From assembly GCA_027459665.1 (NCBI GenBank), contig DAIDHN010000001.1:72356-136355 (forward strand): a DNA stretch of 64,000 bases, in the 5' to 3' direction. Made by a program: the position numbers and the translations under genes. Under the pieces are notes generated by a model. That model searched no databases and was not told the DNA's origin. It saw nothing but the letters and a program-made list of their open reading frames with translations. Source of the stretch: Chthonomonadaceae bacterium. Its GTDB lineage: Bacteria; Armatimonadota; Chthonomonadetes; Chthonomonadales; Chthonomonadaceae. Positions within the stretch are counted from its first letter, which is position 1, and the number at the start of each line of letters is the position of its first letter. This document shows positions 17,830 to 28,415 of the stretch, one piece after another.

Positions 17830-18033
17830 GTGAAAGAAGGAATACATCCTGAATATAAAACCGCACGCGTGGTATGCCAGTGCGGTAACACCTTTGAGAC
17901 ACGTTCTACCCGCGAGTCCATTCGCATAGAAATATGTTCTGCCTGCCATCCATTTTATACCGGCAAGCAGAAACTGGTGGATACAGAGGGGCGTGTGCAA
18001 AAGTTCAACCAGAAATACGGCGTAAAGAAATAG
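17830..18033 (+). CDS. rpmE: 50S ribosomal protein L31 (type A, zinc-ribbon form)
   Basis: MKEGIHPEY...CQCGN...[12 protein letters not shown]...[13 protein letters not shown] matches L31 over full length; GTG start with GGAAAGG upstream. Confidence 0.9.
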   Translation: MKEGIHPEYKTARVVCQCGNTFETRSTRESIRIEICSACHPFYTGKQKLVDTEGRVQKFNQKYGVKK

Positions 18034-18084
18034 GTTTGCCAGCCTTTGCCAACGCAGCGTTCACAACACCGTCCTCACGACGTT

Positions 18085-18104
18085 GCAGCGCTGCGTTTTT
18101 TTCT
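18085..18104 (+). terminator. Probable intrinsic terminator after rpmE
   Basis: GC palindrome GCAGCGCTGC (alternatively ACGCAGCG...CGCTGCGT 8-bp stem) followed by TTTTTTT. Confidence 0.45.
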
Positions 18105-18110
18105 GCCTGA

Positions 18111-19093
18111 TGAGGATCAGAACAGTGGATAATCAGCCGCAAGGCACACCCAAAGAAAACATTTTGCAATTTGGCGGACAGGCTGTTCTGGAAGGCGTAA
18201 TGATGCGCAGCGCGCACTATTACGCCGTTGCCTGCCGCAAGCCAAACGGCGAGATGCTGGTGCATTGCGAACCGGTAGATACCCGACTGATGCGCCGTCT
18301 GCGTTTTTTACGCTGGCCGTTTGCCAGAGGCACCCTGGCGCTCATCGATTCGATGACAATGGGGGCACGCGCCCTGCAGTACGCCAGCCAGGTGCAGCTG
18401 CAGACAATAAACGGAAACTCTGCCGGAGAAAAACAGCGCATCAACGACATCGCAGTGGGAGGCACGCTGCTGTTTGCCCTTTTGTTTGCCATTGCGGTAT
18501 TCAAGCTGCTGCCCACCCTGATCACTGCATTTCTGCACCGCATGCACTGGCTGGGACCGCATGTTGGCCCCCACGCCCTCAACGCGCTAGATGGCATTAT
18601 ACGCCTGGTTTTCTTTTTTGCGTATATCCTCATTATTTCCCGCATGAAGGCCATCTACCGGGTGTTTCAGTACCACGGCGCCGAACACAAGGCCATCAAT
18701 ACCCTGGAAGCCGGGCTGCCGCTCACCCTTGAAAACGCCCAGAATGCCTCACGAATTCACCCCCGCTGCGGAACCAGCTTTATTTTTGTTGTACTAATTC
18801 TCGATCTCGTTTCTGTGGCCCTGCTGCCGCGCCCCGAATCTATTCTGATTCGTTTTTTGCTGCAGCTCGCCGTAGTGCCGGTAGTGGCCGGCATTGCCTA
18901 CGAGTGCATAAAACTGGCAGGGCGCTACAGAAACAATCTGCTGGTGCGCGCCGTATTTGGGCCGGGCATGGCAACACAGTACCTTACCACGCGCGAACCG
19001 CTGCCCGATATGGTTGAAACCGCCCTGGCGGCGCTGCAGCGCGTACGCGAGGCAGAGGCAAGTGGAGAAGAGTTTCCTCCCCCAGCCATTTAA
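18111..19093 (+). CDS. DUF1385 (YqhQ-like) metal-dependent enzyme family protein
   Basis: LQFGGQAVLEGVMMR and YHGAEHKAIN hallmark motifs of DUF1385; start uncertain (ATG 18111 is the first after the terminator, ORF opens at 18083). Confidence 0.7.
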
Positions 19094-19145
19094 CGCATGC
19101 GCCGTGAACAATGCCAGTTCCCGTTCACCAGTCACTCACGCGGCA

Positions 19146-20303
19146 TCAGCCATGCACCCGTATGTAGCAGTTGCCCGGCATTCGGCGGGCAAGGCCGCGC
19201 AGTTCCATCAGCGTAAGTTCTACGCCTGCCTTGCCAGGTTCCAGGCCGCAGTCACGCGCCAGGTCATCCATGTGCCTGGGGGTAAGGGAAAGATGTTCTG
19301 CAATGCACTTTTGTGCAGGTGAAATGTCTGCAGGCAGCGGGCGCGGCGGCTTTCCTTCCCCCTCCAGCCCAAGAGCCAGCTGGCTTTGTGCCAGTGCAGG
19401 GGCCTTGAGACCAAGCTGCTGCAAAATATCGACTGTTTCCAGAGCGGGGGCAACACCCTGGCGCAGCAAATCGTTGCAACCCACACTGGCTTCCCGGTCT
19501 ATATTACCTGGTACAGCCAGCAGTCCGCGTCCCTGTTCCAGTGCAAAACCGGCAGTAATCAGCGCTCCGCTGGCCCGTCCTGCCTCCACCACCACCGTTA
19601 CACGCGATATACCGCTGATGATGCGGTTTCGGGCCGGAAAACGCCATGCATCCGGTCCTGTTCCGGGGGGATACTCGCTTGCAACAGCTCCCTGCTGTAC
19701 AGCCTGCTCAAACAGGGCACGGTTTTCACGCGGATAGCATACATCCGGCCCGCAGCCTGGTATCAGCAGTGTTCTTCCCCCCGCCTGCAGCGCTCCCCGG
19801 TGTGCAGCGGTATCTATGCCATGCGCCCCGCCGCTCACCACTGTTACCCCGCAGGCAGCCAGCTCGCCGGCAAACTTTTCTGCCACAGCCCGCCCATAAG
19901 GAGTTGCATGGCGTGATCCTATGAGCGCCGCGCCCTCCTTGTCGCGTTTTTGCAGCCTGCCCGAAACAAACAGAACTGCAGGCGGGTCTGGCAGTTCCAT
20001 CAAATGTTCGGGGTAATTTTCCTGGCAGACAGTGAGAACGCTGTTTTCAGGGCGCTCCAACCATTCCATCTGCTTTGCCTGCGGTATCATGGCTGGGTCG
20101 CGCAGCTTTTCCAGGTGCCTGGGCTGCAGACCGGCGATTTCCTCCAGCAGGGTGTCTCCGCCTGAAAACAGATCATTCATGCCGTGCTGTGCGGCAAAAC
20201 GAAGCAGCGCGCCAGCCAGACGCGGGCTGAACTGCATGTTGGCAATACGAAGAACGTCCCGATCAGAATAGTTCATATAAGGTGCGCTGTCTTTTTTATG
20301 CAC
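19146..20303 (-). CDS. dprA: DNA processing protein DprA (Smf)
   Basis: Rossmann-like core ALIGSRHATPYGRAVAEKFAGELAACGVTVVSGGAHGIDTAAHRGAL...RFPARNRIISGIS typical of DprA. Confidence 0.85.
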   Translation of the reverse strand: MHKKDSAPYMNYSDRDVLRIANMQFSPRLAGALLRFAAQHGMNDLFSGGDTLLEEIAGLQPRHLEKLRDPAMIPQAKQMEWLERPENSVLTVCQENYPEHLMELPDPPAVLFVSGRLQKRDKEGAALIGSRHATPYGRAVAEKFAGELAACGVTVVSGGAHGIDTAAHRGALQAGGRTLLIPGCGPDVCYPRENRALFEQAVQQGAVASEYPPGTGPDAWRFPARNRIISGISRVTVVVEAGRASGALITAGFALEQGRGLLAVPGNIDREASVGCNDLLRQGVAPALETVDILQQLGLKAPALAQSQLALGLEGEGKPPRPLPADISPAQKCIAEHLSLTPRHMDDLARDCGLEPGKAGVELTLMELRGLARRMPGNCYIRVHG

Positions 20304-20356
20304 ACTGCCCTGCTTTTTATGGCAGGGCAGTGAAGAGTGTGAGGGAAGCAGGCAAT

Positions 20357-22021
20357 CTAACCGCCGCCGCCGCCCTTGCCGCGGCCTCCCACCCCGGGCC
20401 GGCCAAATCCGCCGCCGCCGGGCATGCCGCCAAAACCATTTCTGTTTTGCTTTTTGAGCGAGCCTTCATTCGGATAGGCTTCGCCTACGGTAAATATCCA
20501 GGTACGGGTAGCCAGGTTCCCCATCCAGTCGCGAGCGGTGATAGTAACCGTATGATGACCATCAAGCAGAGTATTGGAAACGCCGCTGCTGGTTTCCTCA
20601 ATGGTGTATTTCAGCACCCCTGTGTCTTTTCTAAACACAAAGCCGGGGCGCTTGATTGTATCGAGTGCGCTTGAACTCATGGGAATGTTTTTGCCATCCA
20701 GCTCCATAGAGATGGTAGCCGGGTTCAGGCCAGACCCCTGGTCTGTAATGTTGGCCTGAATAATAAACGGGGGTGTTCCGTTGCAGTATTCGCCCACCAT
20801 AGGCAGCACAGGAGTAATAGAAGGAGCAATTGTGTCTACTGCAGTGTGGTTGAATGCAGTAAGCGAGCCGTCGTCTGTGGCAACCAGAAGGGTGCTTCCG
20901 TCGGCGACCGGACGGGTAAGAATGCGGTTTACCGTAGGCACATGGCTGGGGTCTACAGAGGTAGGCGCAACCGAAAAGTCCCACACCAGTTCGCCGGTTT
21001 TTCGATCTATTGCATACACCCCTGCAGCTGTAGTGCCCAGCACAAGCAGATTGCCTGAAATAACAGGGCCTGCCCCCGATATATAGTCGAGCAGTACCGG
21101 CTTTTTCCACATCAATTCACGGTTGGCGTTGATGGCGAATACGGCTGGATACGAGTTGGTAAAGTAGATGTTGCCCTTGTTGTCTACGGCAGGAGTATTT
21201 GTAATGGGGTATCTGGTTTTGAGCGTCCAGTAGAGCTGCCCTGTTTCACGGAAGCAGAGCAGGGTTTGCCCGTCTGCCAGATAGATCAGCCCTTTTTTGA
21301 TTACCGGAGTAATAGAGTCTGCACCTGCAACAACCGATTCTTCCCACCGCTGGGTAGCGCTGGCTATGGTAACAGCATGCAGCATGTTGTTGGAAGTTGC
21401 GAAATAGAGGTCTCCACCGTCTTCCGTCATGTTGCCCATCAGGCCCACCTGAGTATCCAGTCCCTTGCCGAATGCATTGGGCAGCGGCTGACCGGTCTGA
21501 ACATCCAGTCCGTATAGTTTTCCGTTGGCGGCGCCAAAGTAAACGCTGCCCTGCCACACAATTGGAGTGGTGGTGACACCGCCGTTGATCAGCTTGAATG
21601 CAGGGTATTTCAGTTTGCCCGTGCTGGCATCAAAGGCATACAGTCCATCGCCTGTAGGCACAAAAAGCGTGCCGTCGCTGTAAGCCGGCGTTGCCAGAGC
21701 AGGCTGCGACATAACGGCTCCATCGGGATACACCCATTTGCGTGCGCCCGTAGCAGAGTCGAGTGCATACACTTTCTTCCCGGTCGCAAAAAACACCATA
21801 TCGCCGCCCATCACAGGCCCTGCTGCACTTCCGGAGCTGGCTGGCCCCGTGTACTTCCACAATACCGCCATGGGAGCCTGCAGAGCGGCGGCATCATCCT
21901 GTGCCTGGGCAGGCACTGCACTGCGCAAAGCAAGCGATGCTGCCAAAACCATGCAGCCCGACGCGCATACCGACAGAGCGCGGCGCATCTTTACTGGCAC
22001 ACAAATACCGTTTTTTGGCAT
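20357..22021 (-). CDS. Secreted PQQ-like beta-propeller repeat protein (BamB-like fold) with Gly-rich C-terminal tail
   Basis: Repeated ...G.LYALD/VYAID...TG...W... blades; signal peptide after start at 22021 (MPKNGICVPVKMRRALSVCASGCMVLAASLALRSAVPAQA); C-terminus GFGGMPGGGGFGRPGVGGRGKGGGGG. Confidence 0.65.
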   Translation of the reverse strand: MPKNGICVPVKMRRALSVCASGCMVLAASLALRSAVPAQAQDDAAALQAPMAVLWKYTGPASSGSAAGPVMGGDMVFFATGKKVYALDSATGARKWVYPDGAVMSQPALATPAYSDGTLFVPTGDGLYAFDASTGKLKYPAFKLINGGVTTTPIVWQGSVYFGAANGKLYGLDVQTGQPLPNAFGKGLDTQVGLMGNMTEDGGDLYFATSNNMLHAVTIASATQRWEESVVAGADSITPVIKKGLIYLADGQTLLCFRETGQLYWTLKTRYPITNTPAVDNKGNIYFTNSYPAVFAINANRELMWKKPVLLDYISGAGPVISGNLLVLGTTAAGVYAIDRKTGELVWDFSVAPTSVDPSHVPTVNRILTRPVADGSTLLVATDDGSLTAFNHTAVDTIAPSITPVLPMVGEYCNGTPPFIIQANITDQGSGLNPATISMELDGKNIPMSSSALDTIKRPGFVFRKDTGVLKYTIEETSSGVSNTLLDGHHTVTITARDWMGNLATRTWIFTVGEAYPNEGSLKKQNRNGFGGMPGGGGFGRPGVGGRGKGGGGG

Positions 22022-22222
22022 AATTCTGAAAACCCCTTCACCTGTGGAGGAATATTTGCAGTCTGGAGCTAAAACAGGAGTGACAGGCGTTGTTCTGGAT
22101 GGGTTTAGCAAAGCAGACGCTTTTTTGAACCCTATTGATACATTATAGACATACCGGCAAAAAAAGTCAAGCGATATTGCTACATTGCCGGTAAAGAGGG
22201 CGAATACCCTCAGGAGGCGTAT

Positions 22223-23041
22223 ATGCTTACCAGCAATCAGCTATCTGAATTCAGGGAAATTGGGTTTTTGCATGTGGGGCGCGTTATGAGCGATGATGAA
22301 GCAGACACGCTGTGCCGCCGCATGCATGCAGTGGCAGACGGCCAGCAGGAAGGCGCAGAAGCTGTGCGCAACCTGAACGGAGATCAGGAAAACATAGTTG
22401 TTCAGATTGTAAACATCTGGCAGGCCGATCCTCTCTTTCGCCAGCACCTTTACCACCCGGAAATTACTGCCATGGCAGCCGAATTGATGCAGGCCGGCAC
22501 AGTGCGTGTATGGCACGACCAGGTGCAGTACAAGCCGCCGCGCACAGGCGGCCCTACCTACTGGCACCAGGATCACCCCTACTGGCCGGTTATTCAGCCG
22601 GCAGACCTTGTGAGCTGCTGGGTGGCGCTGGATGATGCTGATGAAGAAAACGGCTGCATGTGGATGGTGCCCCACAGCCACCACTTCGGCCCATACTGCG
22701 GAGGAACCATAGGCACCAACACCACTACCTGGATGCCAGCCCCCGATCAGGAGAGCCTCTCTTCAGGTTTGGAGGTAAATGCCGTACCCTGCCCGGTACG
22801 CAAGGGCCATGCGCTGTTTCACCACTGCCTTACCTGGCATGGCGCCCGCCCAAACCGCACGGAGCGCGGCAGGCCGGCCATTGCAGTGCACTATATGCCT
22901 GGCTGGACCCGTTATGAAAAAGAGCCTGGCAAAGCGCATCTGGTAGAACATCACATCACAGTAAAGCCGGGGGAAATTCTGCAGGGTGAAGGGTTTCCCA
23001 CAGTGTGGGAAAACGGAAAGCCCTGCCCCTCCCCGCGCTAG
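22223..23041 (+). CDS. Phytanoyl-CoA dioxygenase (PhyH) family Fe(II)/2-oxoglutarate oxygenase
   Basis: VWHDQVQYKPPRTGGPTYWHQDHPYWP (HxD iron-binding dyad) and distal His region. Confidence 0.7.
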   Translation: MLTSNQLSEFREIGFLHVGRVMSDDEADTLCRRMHAVADGQQEGAEAVRNLNGDQENIVVQIVNIWQADPLFRQHLYHPEITAMAAELMQAGTVRVWHDQVQYKPPRTGGPTYWHQDHPYWPVIQPADLVSCWVALDDADEENGCMWMVPHSHHFGPYCGGTIGTNTTTWMPAPDQESLSSGLEVNAVPCPVRKGHALFHHCLTWHGARPNRTERGRPAIAVHYMPGWTRYEKEPGKAHLVEHHITVKPGEILQGEGFPTVWENGKPCPSPR

Positions 23042-23112
23042 GTTTCCCTGTCTCACAGCAAAGACCGCTCCCCGAAATGGGGAGCGGTCTTTGACTTTGC
23101 ACGCTTGCGCAC

Positions 23113-25212
23113 TTAGGCGGCTTTTTTGCTGCTTTCTTTCACAATCTGCAGCGAATGAGTTTCCCTGCTTGCTGCTTTTGCCACACGGAAACGGGAGACC
23201 AGCTGCTGCAAATGCTCGGCCGTACTTCCCAGTTCGGCGGCAGCGGCGTTTACCTCCCGTACATTGTTGTTCTGCTGCTCTATCGACTCGGAAATGCGCT
23301 GGGCAGACGCCGCCACTTCTTCTGCAGAAGCGCTCAGTTCCTCCGCTCCCGCAGCACTTTCCTGGCTGACTGAAGCTACCGAAGAAATAGCGGCAGAGAC
23401 CACATCGGCGCTGGAAGCAATCGATTCTGCCATTCGGGTACTCTGGTCTGTCTGCTGCCGAACAGTGTCTACAGTTGCTCCCACTTCCTGCACAGAGGCT
23501 GCCATCTGTTCGGTAATTGCACTTACGTTCTCTACCTCTGCAGCAACACGCTCGGCCGCCTGCAATATCTGCAGCAGTGAAGAACCTGCCTCTTCACTGC
23601 GCGCCGAACCTGCCGCCACTTCCTGGCTGCTTGCATTCATCGCCCGAACAGAATCATCTACTCCCTGCTGCACCTTGTAAATCAGACTGCTCACCTCGTT
23701 GGTAGCGGTAGTGGCGCGTTCTGCCAGTTTACGCACTTCATCTGCCACCACCGCAAAGCCGCGGCCATGCTCGCCAGCCCGCGCAGCTTCTATGGCTGCA
23801 TTCAGCGCCAGCAAATTGGTCTGCTCGGCTATCTGGTCTATGGTCTCTACGATCGCACCAATCGCCTGCCCCATTTTGCCCAGTTCTTCCACTTTCTGCG
23901 CAGATACCTCAACCTGCTCTTTAATCTTGCTCATGCTTGCAATGGTCTGCTCTACAGAGCGGGTGCCGCTCATGGCAACCTCGCTTGCCCTGCGTGCGCC
24001 ATCTGCCATCTGCTGAGATGAACGCGCCACTTCTTCCACAGCGCTGCCTGCCTGCCGCATGGCATCGCTGGCCTGAACGGTGGTTTCCATCTGCAGTCTG
24101 CTGCTTTCCTTCATCTGCCTGAGTACCGAAAGCAGCTGCTCCATCTCATGCGCTGCTTCTGTTGCAGCCCGCGCCTGCTGCTCGCTGCCTTTGGCCATTT
24201 CCTGGCTGGTAGAGGCCGACTGGTCTGCTGCACCGGCCACTTCCTGCATAGAACTTGCTATCTCCTGAGAAACCCCTTCACTTTGCTGCGCAGCGCCTAA
24301 AAGCTGGGCGCTGGTAGAAGCTACCACATTTGAACTTGCTGCTACCTCGGCCACCAGCCCCGAAAGGAACACGCGCGCCTGTTCGTAGCTCAGAATAGTG
24401 CTTTGCACCTTCTCCAGCATAGAGTTGAAGGTTTCTATCATCCTGCCAATCTCATCCCTGCGGTTTATGTCAATAGGGGGGGTCGTTGGAATCACACTCA
24501 CTGTAAGGTCGCCTTGCTGCAATGCCGCCATTGCTTCATTCAAATTGGTGAGGCACTGGTTTCTTAGGCGCTCCAGGCGTTCTGCCAGTATGCCCATAGG
24601 CAGTACAATCAGGCGGCTGATATACCAGCCAACCGCTGCGGTAAGCAGCACATCAAGCAAGAGAAAGAGATTGATCAGTTCTCGTGATTTCCTGACAGCA
24701 ACAGCATCCTGGCTGGCAGTTTTTGCATCACTGTCTTTCTTCCAGTCAACAAAGCCTGCAATGTCCTTCCCTACCTTTGCCAGCGCTGTCTGGTTTGCTG
24801 CTGCTGTTGTCAAAACATTGCCGCTTGCATCAAGATACTTCTGCCAGTCTGCAGCAATGGTTTTTACAAGCGCTTTTCCCTGAGCTATGTGCAGCATGGG
24901 CTGCAGTTTGGAGAGATTTGCCTGAAATGTCTGCTGACCGCTGCTCTGTTCTGCCTGATAACGACTGCGTTCTGCATTGGAAGCGGCGGTAACCAGCTTG
25001 TTTTCAATCATTTCCTGCTTCAGTACTTCTGAATGAAGGCTGGCTGCCTGGCCAAAAATCAATTCATCTTTCTGACTGATAAGCAGCGCCTGCACTGTTT
25101 TGTTCCACTGCGCTAAGCCCACTCCTCCCATTACCATAGCGATAGCAATGCTCATGCCATAGCCTGCTGCCATCTTTCCTACTGTTTTCAGATTTGCAAA
25201 CCACTTCATCAT
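23113..25212 (-). CDS. Methyl-accepting chemotaxis protein (periplasmic sensor, HAMP, MA domain)
   Basis: N-terminal TM + periplasmic domain + TM, highly conserved signalling hairpin [34 protein letters not shown]. Confidence 0.85.
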   Translation of the reverse strand: MMKWFANLKTVGKMAAGYGMSIAIAMVMGGVGLAQWNKTVQALLISQKDELIFGQAASLHSEVLKQEMIENKLVTAASNAERSRYQAEQSSGQQTFQANLSKLQPMLHIAQGKALVKTIAADWQKYLDASGNVLTTAAANQTALAKVGKDIAGFVDWKKDSDAKTASQDAVAVRKSRELINLFLLLDVLLTAAVGWYISRLIVLPMGILAERLERLRNQCLTNLNEAMAALQQGDLTVSVIPTTPPIDINRRDEIGRMIETFNSMLEKVQSTILSYEQARVFLSGLVAEVAASSNVVASTSAQLLGAAQQSEGVSQEIASSMQEVAGAADQSASTSQEMAKGSEQQARAATEAAHEMEQLLSVLRQMKESSRLQMETTVQASDAMRQAGSAVEEVARSSQQMADGARRASEVAMSGTRSVEQTIASMSKIKEQVEVSAQKVEELGKMGQAIGAIVETIDQIAEQTNLLALNAAIEAARAGEHGRGFAVVADEVRKLAERATTATNEVSSLIYKVQQGVDDSVRAMNASSQEVAAGSARSEEAGSSLLQILQAAERVAAEVENVSAITEQMAASVQEVGATVDTVRQQTDQSTRMAESIASSADVVSAAISSVASVSQESAAGAEELSASAEEVAASAQRISESIEQQNNNVREVNAAAAELGSTAEHLQQLVSRFRVAKAASRETHSLQIVKESSKKAA

Positions 25213-25293
25213 TCTGCTCCTTCAAGGTCTTGTACGTTCGCGCGCTTTTCTTTTTTAACGCTTCACTGCGCTCTTGAAACTTTGTGTTGTGAT

Positions 25294-25319
25294 ACAATAT
25301 TCTGTATTGAGAATATTGT
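25294..25319. promoter_or_regulatory. Perfect 9-bp inverted repeat ACAATATTC-N8-GAATATTGT (operator-like) in the MCP/plsC divergent intergenic region
   Basis: Direct reading of the sequence; same AATATTC-N8-GAATATT architecture as at 14246-14267. Confidence 0.5.
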
Positions 25320-25494
25320 TGATAAAACTGGTAAAAACATGAGGGACAATAATCATATCATTGTTTGCTGCAGTTGGTTTTTGCCACAATTATTTACTTT
25401 TTATAGAAAAATGCCGGCTGAAGGCGCGATACCATTCAACGCAAAAGCAAGTAAAATAATACGTAACCTTTTCTGATATAGAGGCTTTACTGCG

Positions 25495-26166
25495 ATGCTC
25501 TATTACCTGCTGTTTCATACCTTCAAATTTCTGTTGCGAATCATCTACTTCCTTACTGGCGGGATAGTTGTTGAAGGGCAGGAAAATCTGCCCCATACAG
25601 GCGGTGTGCTGATTACCCCCAATCACATCAGCGATGCTGACCCCTACACTGTAAGCTATGCACTACCGCGTTACTGCTATACTATGGCGAAATCTGAATT
25701 GTTTGAGGTGCCTGTGCTGGGAACCCTGATTCGCCTGCTGCATGGTTTTCCTGTAAAGCGCTACACAGCAGACCGCACTGCGCTGCGAACAGCAGAAAAC
25801 TACCTGAAACAGGGCAGTGCCGTTGTGATTTTTCCTGAGGGGCAGGTGAGCGAGTTTGGAAACCTGCTGCCCATGCTGCCAGGGGCGCTGCTGGTTGCAC
25901 GGCGCGCCAATGTGCCCATAGTGCCTGTAGCCATTGTGCATACCAATCTGCTGGTGCCCTACAAAGCTGTGCTGCCCCGGCGCATCGGCAAGCCCATCCG
26001 AGTTATTATAGGCAGACCGGTACAGTTTTCTGAACTGAGCGGCGGCCTGAGCGGTTCTGCAGCAGTAGAGGCTGCCGCACAAAGTCTGCACGGCATTTTG
26101 CTGCAGATGACTGGGCAGCATGCTCAGAACAGCGTTATATCGTCTGCCGCCTCAGAACCTGAATAA
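25495..26166 (+). CDS. plsC: 1-acyl-sn-glycerol-3-phosphate acyltransferase
   Basis: HX4D motif (PNHISDADP) and FPEGQVS motif of the lysophospholipid acyltransferase family. Confidence 0.8.
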   Translation: MLYYLLFHTFKFLLRIIYFLTGGIVVEGQENLPHTGGVLITPNHISDADPYTVSYALPRYCYTMAKSELFEVPVLGTLIRLLHGFPVKRYTADRTALRTAENYLKQGSAVVIFPEGQVSEFGNLLPMLPGALLVARRANVPIVPVAIVHTNLLVPYKAVLPRRIGKPIRVIIGRPVQFSELSGGLSGSAAVEAAAQSLHGILLQMTGQHAQNSVISSAASEPE

Positions 26167-27488
26167 GATACTATTTCCAGTTCGGGAGGCTTACCTACAG
26201 CCAGGGGTTTTTGTGTAGCAAACACCGTGTGGTTATCGGTGCCTGTACGCATCTGCTGTACCGCCTCTGCTTCTTTCTCTGTAAGGCTCAGCTCATCTCT
26301 TAAGCCAATGAGCGGATCATATACATGGTTGAGCCGCTGACGCAGCAGGTCGTGAAATTGAAAGGCAATCACAATGCTCTGAATGTCGGAGATTACCCGG
26401 TTGTTCTGATCGCACATTTTATCAAGCAAAATGCGGGTATCTGCATCTGAAGCCCGAATGGTGTCGAGCAGGCTGTTGAGTTCTCCCTGTGCCTCGCAGC
26501 TTTCCTCCAGGCTCCTTACAGCTGTCTCGCCCAGTGAGCCAATCAGCCTGCGGTTTTCACAAGTAAGCGCATCAGTCAGACCGCGCATGGCCTCTGCCGT
26601 AGTTTTCGATCTTTCTGCCAGCTTGCGCACCTCCAGCGCTACTACCTGAAAACCACGCCCTTCCGCGCCGGCGCGCGCTGCTTCTATAGAAGCATTGAGT
26701 GCAAGCAGTGTGGTTTGCGCCGCTATGCTGTTGATGTTGTCCAGCAGGCCCTCCAGCCGATCAATTTCAGCAGAAAATGCCTCCATCTGTTTTGCAGCAC
26801 GAGATACATCACGGCCTGTGGCAAGCATGCGGTTTACAAAATGTTCTATCAGCCTTGCAGCGCGTTCTGAAACGCGCATAATGCTGGTCTCGTTTTCAGC
26901 GCCTAAAAACTCGGTCAGTTTGCCAACCGTCGCTCTGGCTTCTTCTGATATCTGGTAAAAAGACTGTATCGCCCCCCCCACAGCCTCCTCCGCTTCGTGC
27001 ATCGAGACCATTACCTGACCGCTCAGGTTGTCTGCCAAAGCTGCCACCCTTCGGCTCAAGGCCAGCCGTTCCTGCCTCTGCATTCCTGCTTCCTGCTTCT
27101 TCTCATTGCGCTGTTCACGCACCATACGCATTTGATGCAGCTCTTCTGCCAGCAGGCCGCACTCTTGCATGGCAAGCTGCTGATCTTCAGCAAGCGCTGC
27201 CAGCGCCTCTTCCTGCTGCTGCAGTTCGTGCTGCAGCGATTCTGTTTTATGCGTCAGTTCTGTACAAAGGGCATGCAGCTCTCCATTTTCTATTTTTTGC
27301 TTCTGCATCTCTTCTTCTGCTGCTGCGCTCAGCAGCTGCTGCTGTTTGCTGTCGGCATTACATTTCCACATCCAAAGCGCAGAAACGCATAATGCCGCCA
27401 GCAGTGCGGCAGCAGAATGGGCAGACACTGCTGCAGCGATTCCGCAAAGCAGGGCGCCTATCCATGCAGCCAGGGTACGATGTCGCAT
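26124..27488 (-). CDS. Methyl-accepting chemotaxis protein-like transducer (two TM helices, long coiled coil, MA domain)
   Basis: [34 protein letters not shown] signalling hairpin; start placed at ATG 27488 (GGGAGAACAAT upstream) rather than ORF opening at 27644. Confidence 0.75.
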   Translation of the reverse strand: MRHRTLAAWIGALLCGIAAAVSAHSAAALLAALCVSALWMWKCNADSKQQQLLSAAAEEEMQKQKIENGELHALCTELTHKTESLQHELQQQEEALAALAEDQQLAMQECGLLAEELHQMRMVREQRNEKKQEAGMQRQERLALSRRVAALADNLSGQVMVSMHEAEEAVGGAIQSFYQISEEARATVGKLTEFLGAENETSIMRVSERAARLIEHFVNRMLATGRDVSRAAKQMEAFSAEIDRLEGLLDNINSIAAQTTLLALNASIEAARAGAEGRGFQVVALEVRKLAERSKTTAEAMRGLTDALTCENRRLIGSLGETAVRSLEESCEAQGELNSLLDTIRASDADTRILLDKMCDQNNRVISDIQSIVIAFQFHDLLRQRLNHVYDPLIGLRDELSLTEKEAEAVQQMRTGTDNHTVFATQKPLAVGKPPELEIVSYSGSEAADDITLF

Positions 27489-27675
27489 ATTGTTCTCCCG
27501 CAAAAATTGCCAGTTGTTGCAGCAATTATCGGTCTGTTCTTTTTCTGCTTGAGGATAACCTATAGAAAAAGAGGCAGCATGCCACAATTCCAGTGCCCCC
27601 GAAGGGAATTCACAAGTCATGAAGCCCATTTTTCCGACACACACTGCTTGCTAAAGCAGAATTGAGGGAAGTTTT

Positions 27676-28281
27676 ATGACTGCAAATGAACTTCACCAGT
27701 CTACTCTGGCTTATATTCGTTTTCGGCAAAGCGGCGAAAGCATTTGCGGCAGGCTGAAAGAGATTGTGCATCAGTCTGCACTTTTCCATACCTATCGTGT
27801 TTTGCAGCAATCAAATGAAAACAGGGTGGGAAAATCAGTAGAAATCATTACGGTGCAAAATGGCAAAACCGGGCTTTATTCTGGCATTGTGCAGAAAGAA
27901 TCAGACCATCAGATGCTGATTGCATGGGATTTGCCTGGAAAAGTTTTTGCCAGGACAATGACAATGAGCTTTGCATGCCGATTTAGCGCCCGCTGGAAAA
28001 CAAACAAAGGCAGCTGGCAGAACGCATCTGTGAGTGAAATGAGTGTAAGCAGCCTGACAATACAAGGCAGCCAGCCATTTCCTGAAGCCGAAATGCTCGA
28101 ACTCGAACTCGAACTCAGCACAGATGCAGGCGGCGCCGGGCGTGTAAAAGCATTGGCGCGCATAGTGTCTGCCGGCAAACAGGGCGGAAGCGGGTATGCC
28201 GCAGAATTGATGTGGGCAAAATTTTACGAGGATTCAGAAAGCATTATTCAGCAGTGGGTGGATGAACAGCTGGATAAGTAG
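27676..28281 (+). CDS. Hypothetical protein (201 aa), possibly PilZ-like
   Basis: ORF divergent from the MCP gene; weak RxxxR...D/NxSxxG-like pattern only; function not supported. Confidence 0.35.
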   Translation: MTANELHQSTLAYIRFRQSGESICGRLKEIVHQSALFHTYRVLQQSNENRVGKSVEIITVQNGKTGLYSGIVQKESDHQMLIAWDLPGKVFARTMTMSFACRFSARWKTNKGSWQNASVSEMSVSSLTIQGSQPFPEAEMLELELELSTDAGGAGRVKALARIVSAGKQGGSGYAAELMWAKFYEDSESIIQQWVDEQLDK

Positions 28282-28415
28282 CGCCGCTGTAGTACAGCCC
28301 AGCTTGAACAAGAAGCTTGCCGCCCGAAACAGAAAGAGGCGAGATTGAAGTGGTTTCGCAGCAAAAAGCGGCCTCGGCAGCGAGGCCGCTTTTATTTTCG
28401 GTATCTGTGCAGCAG

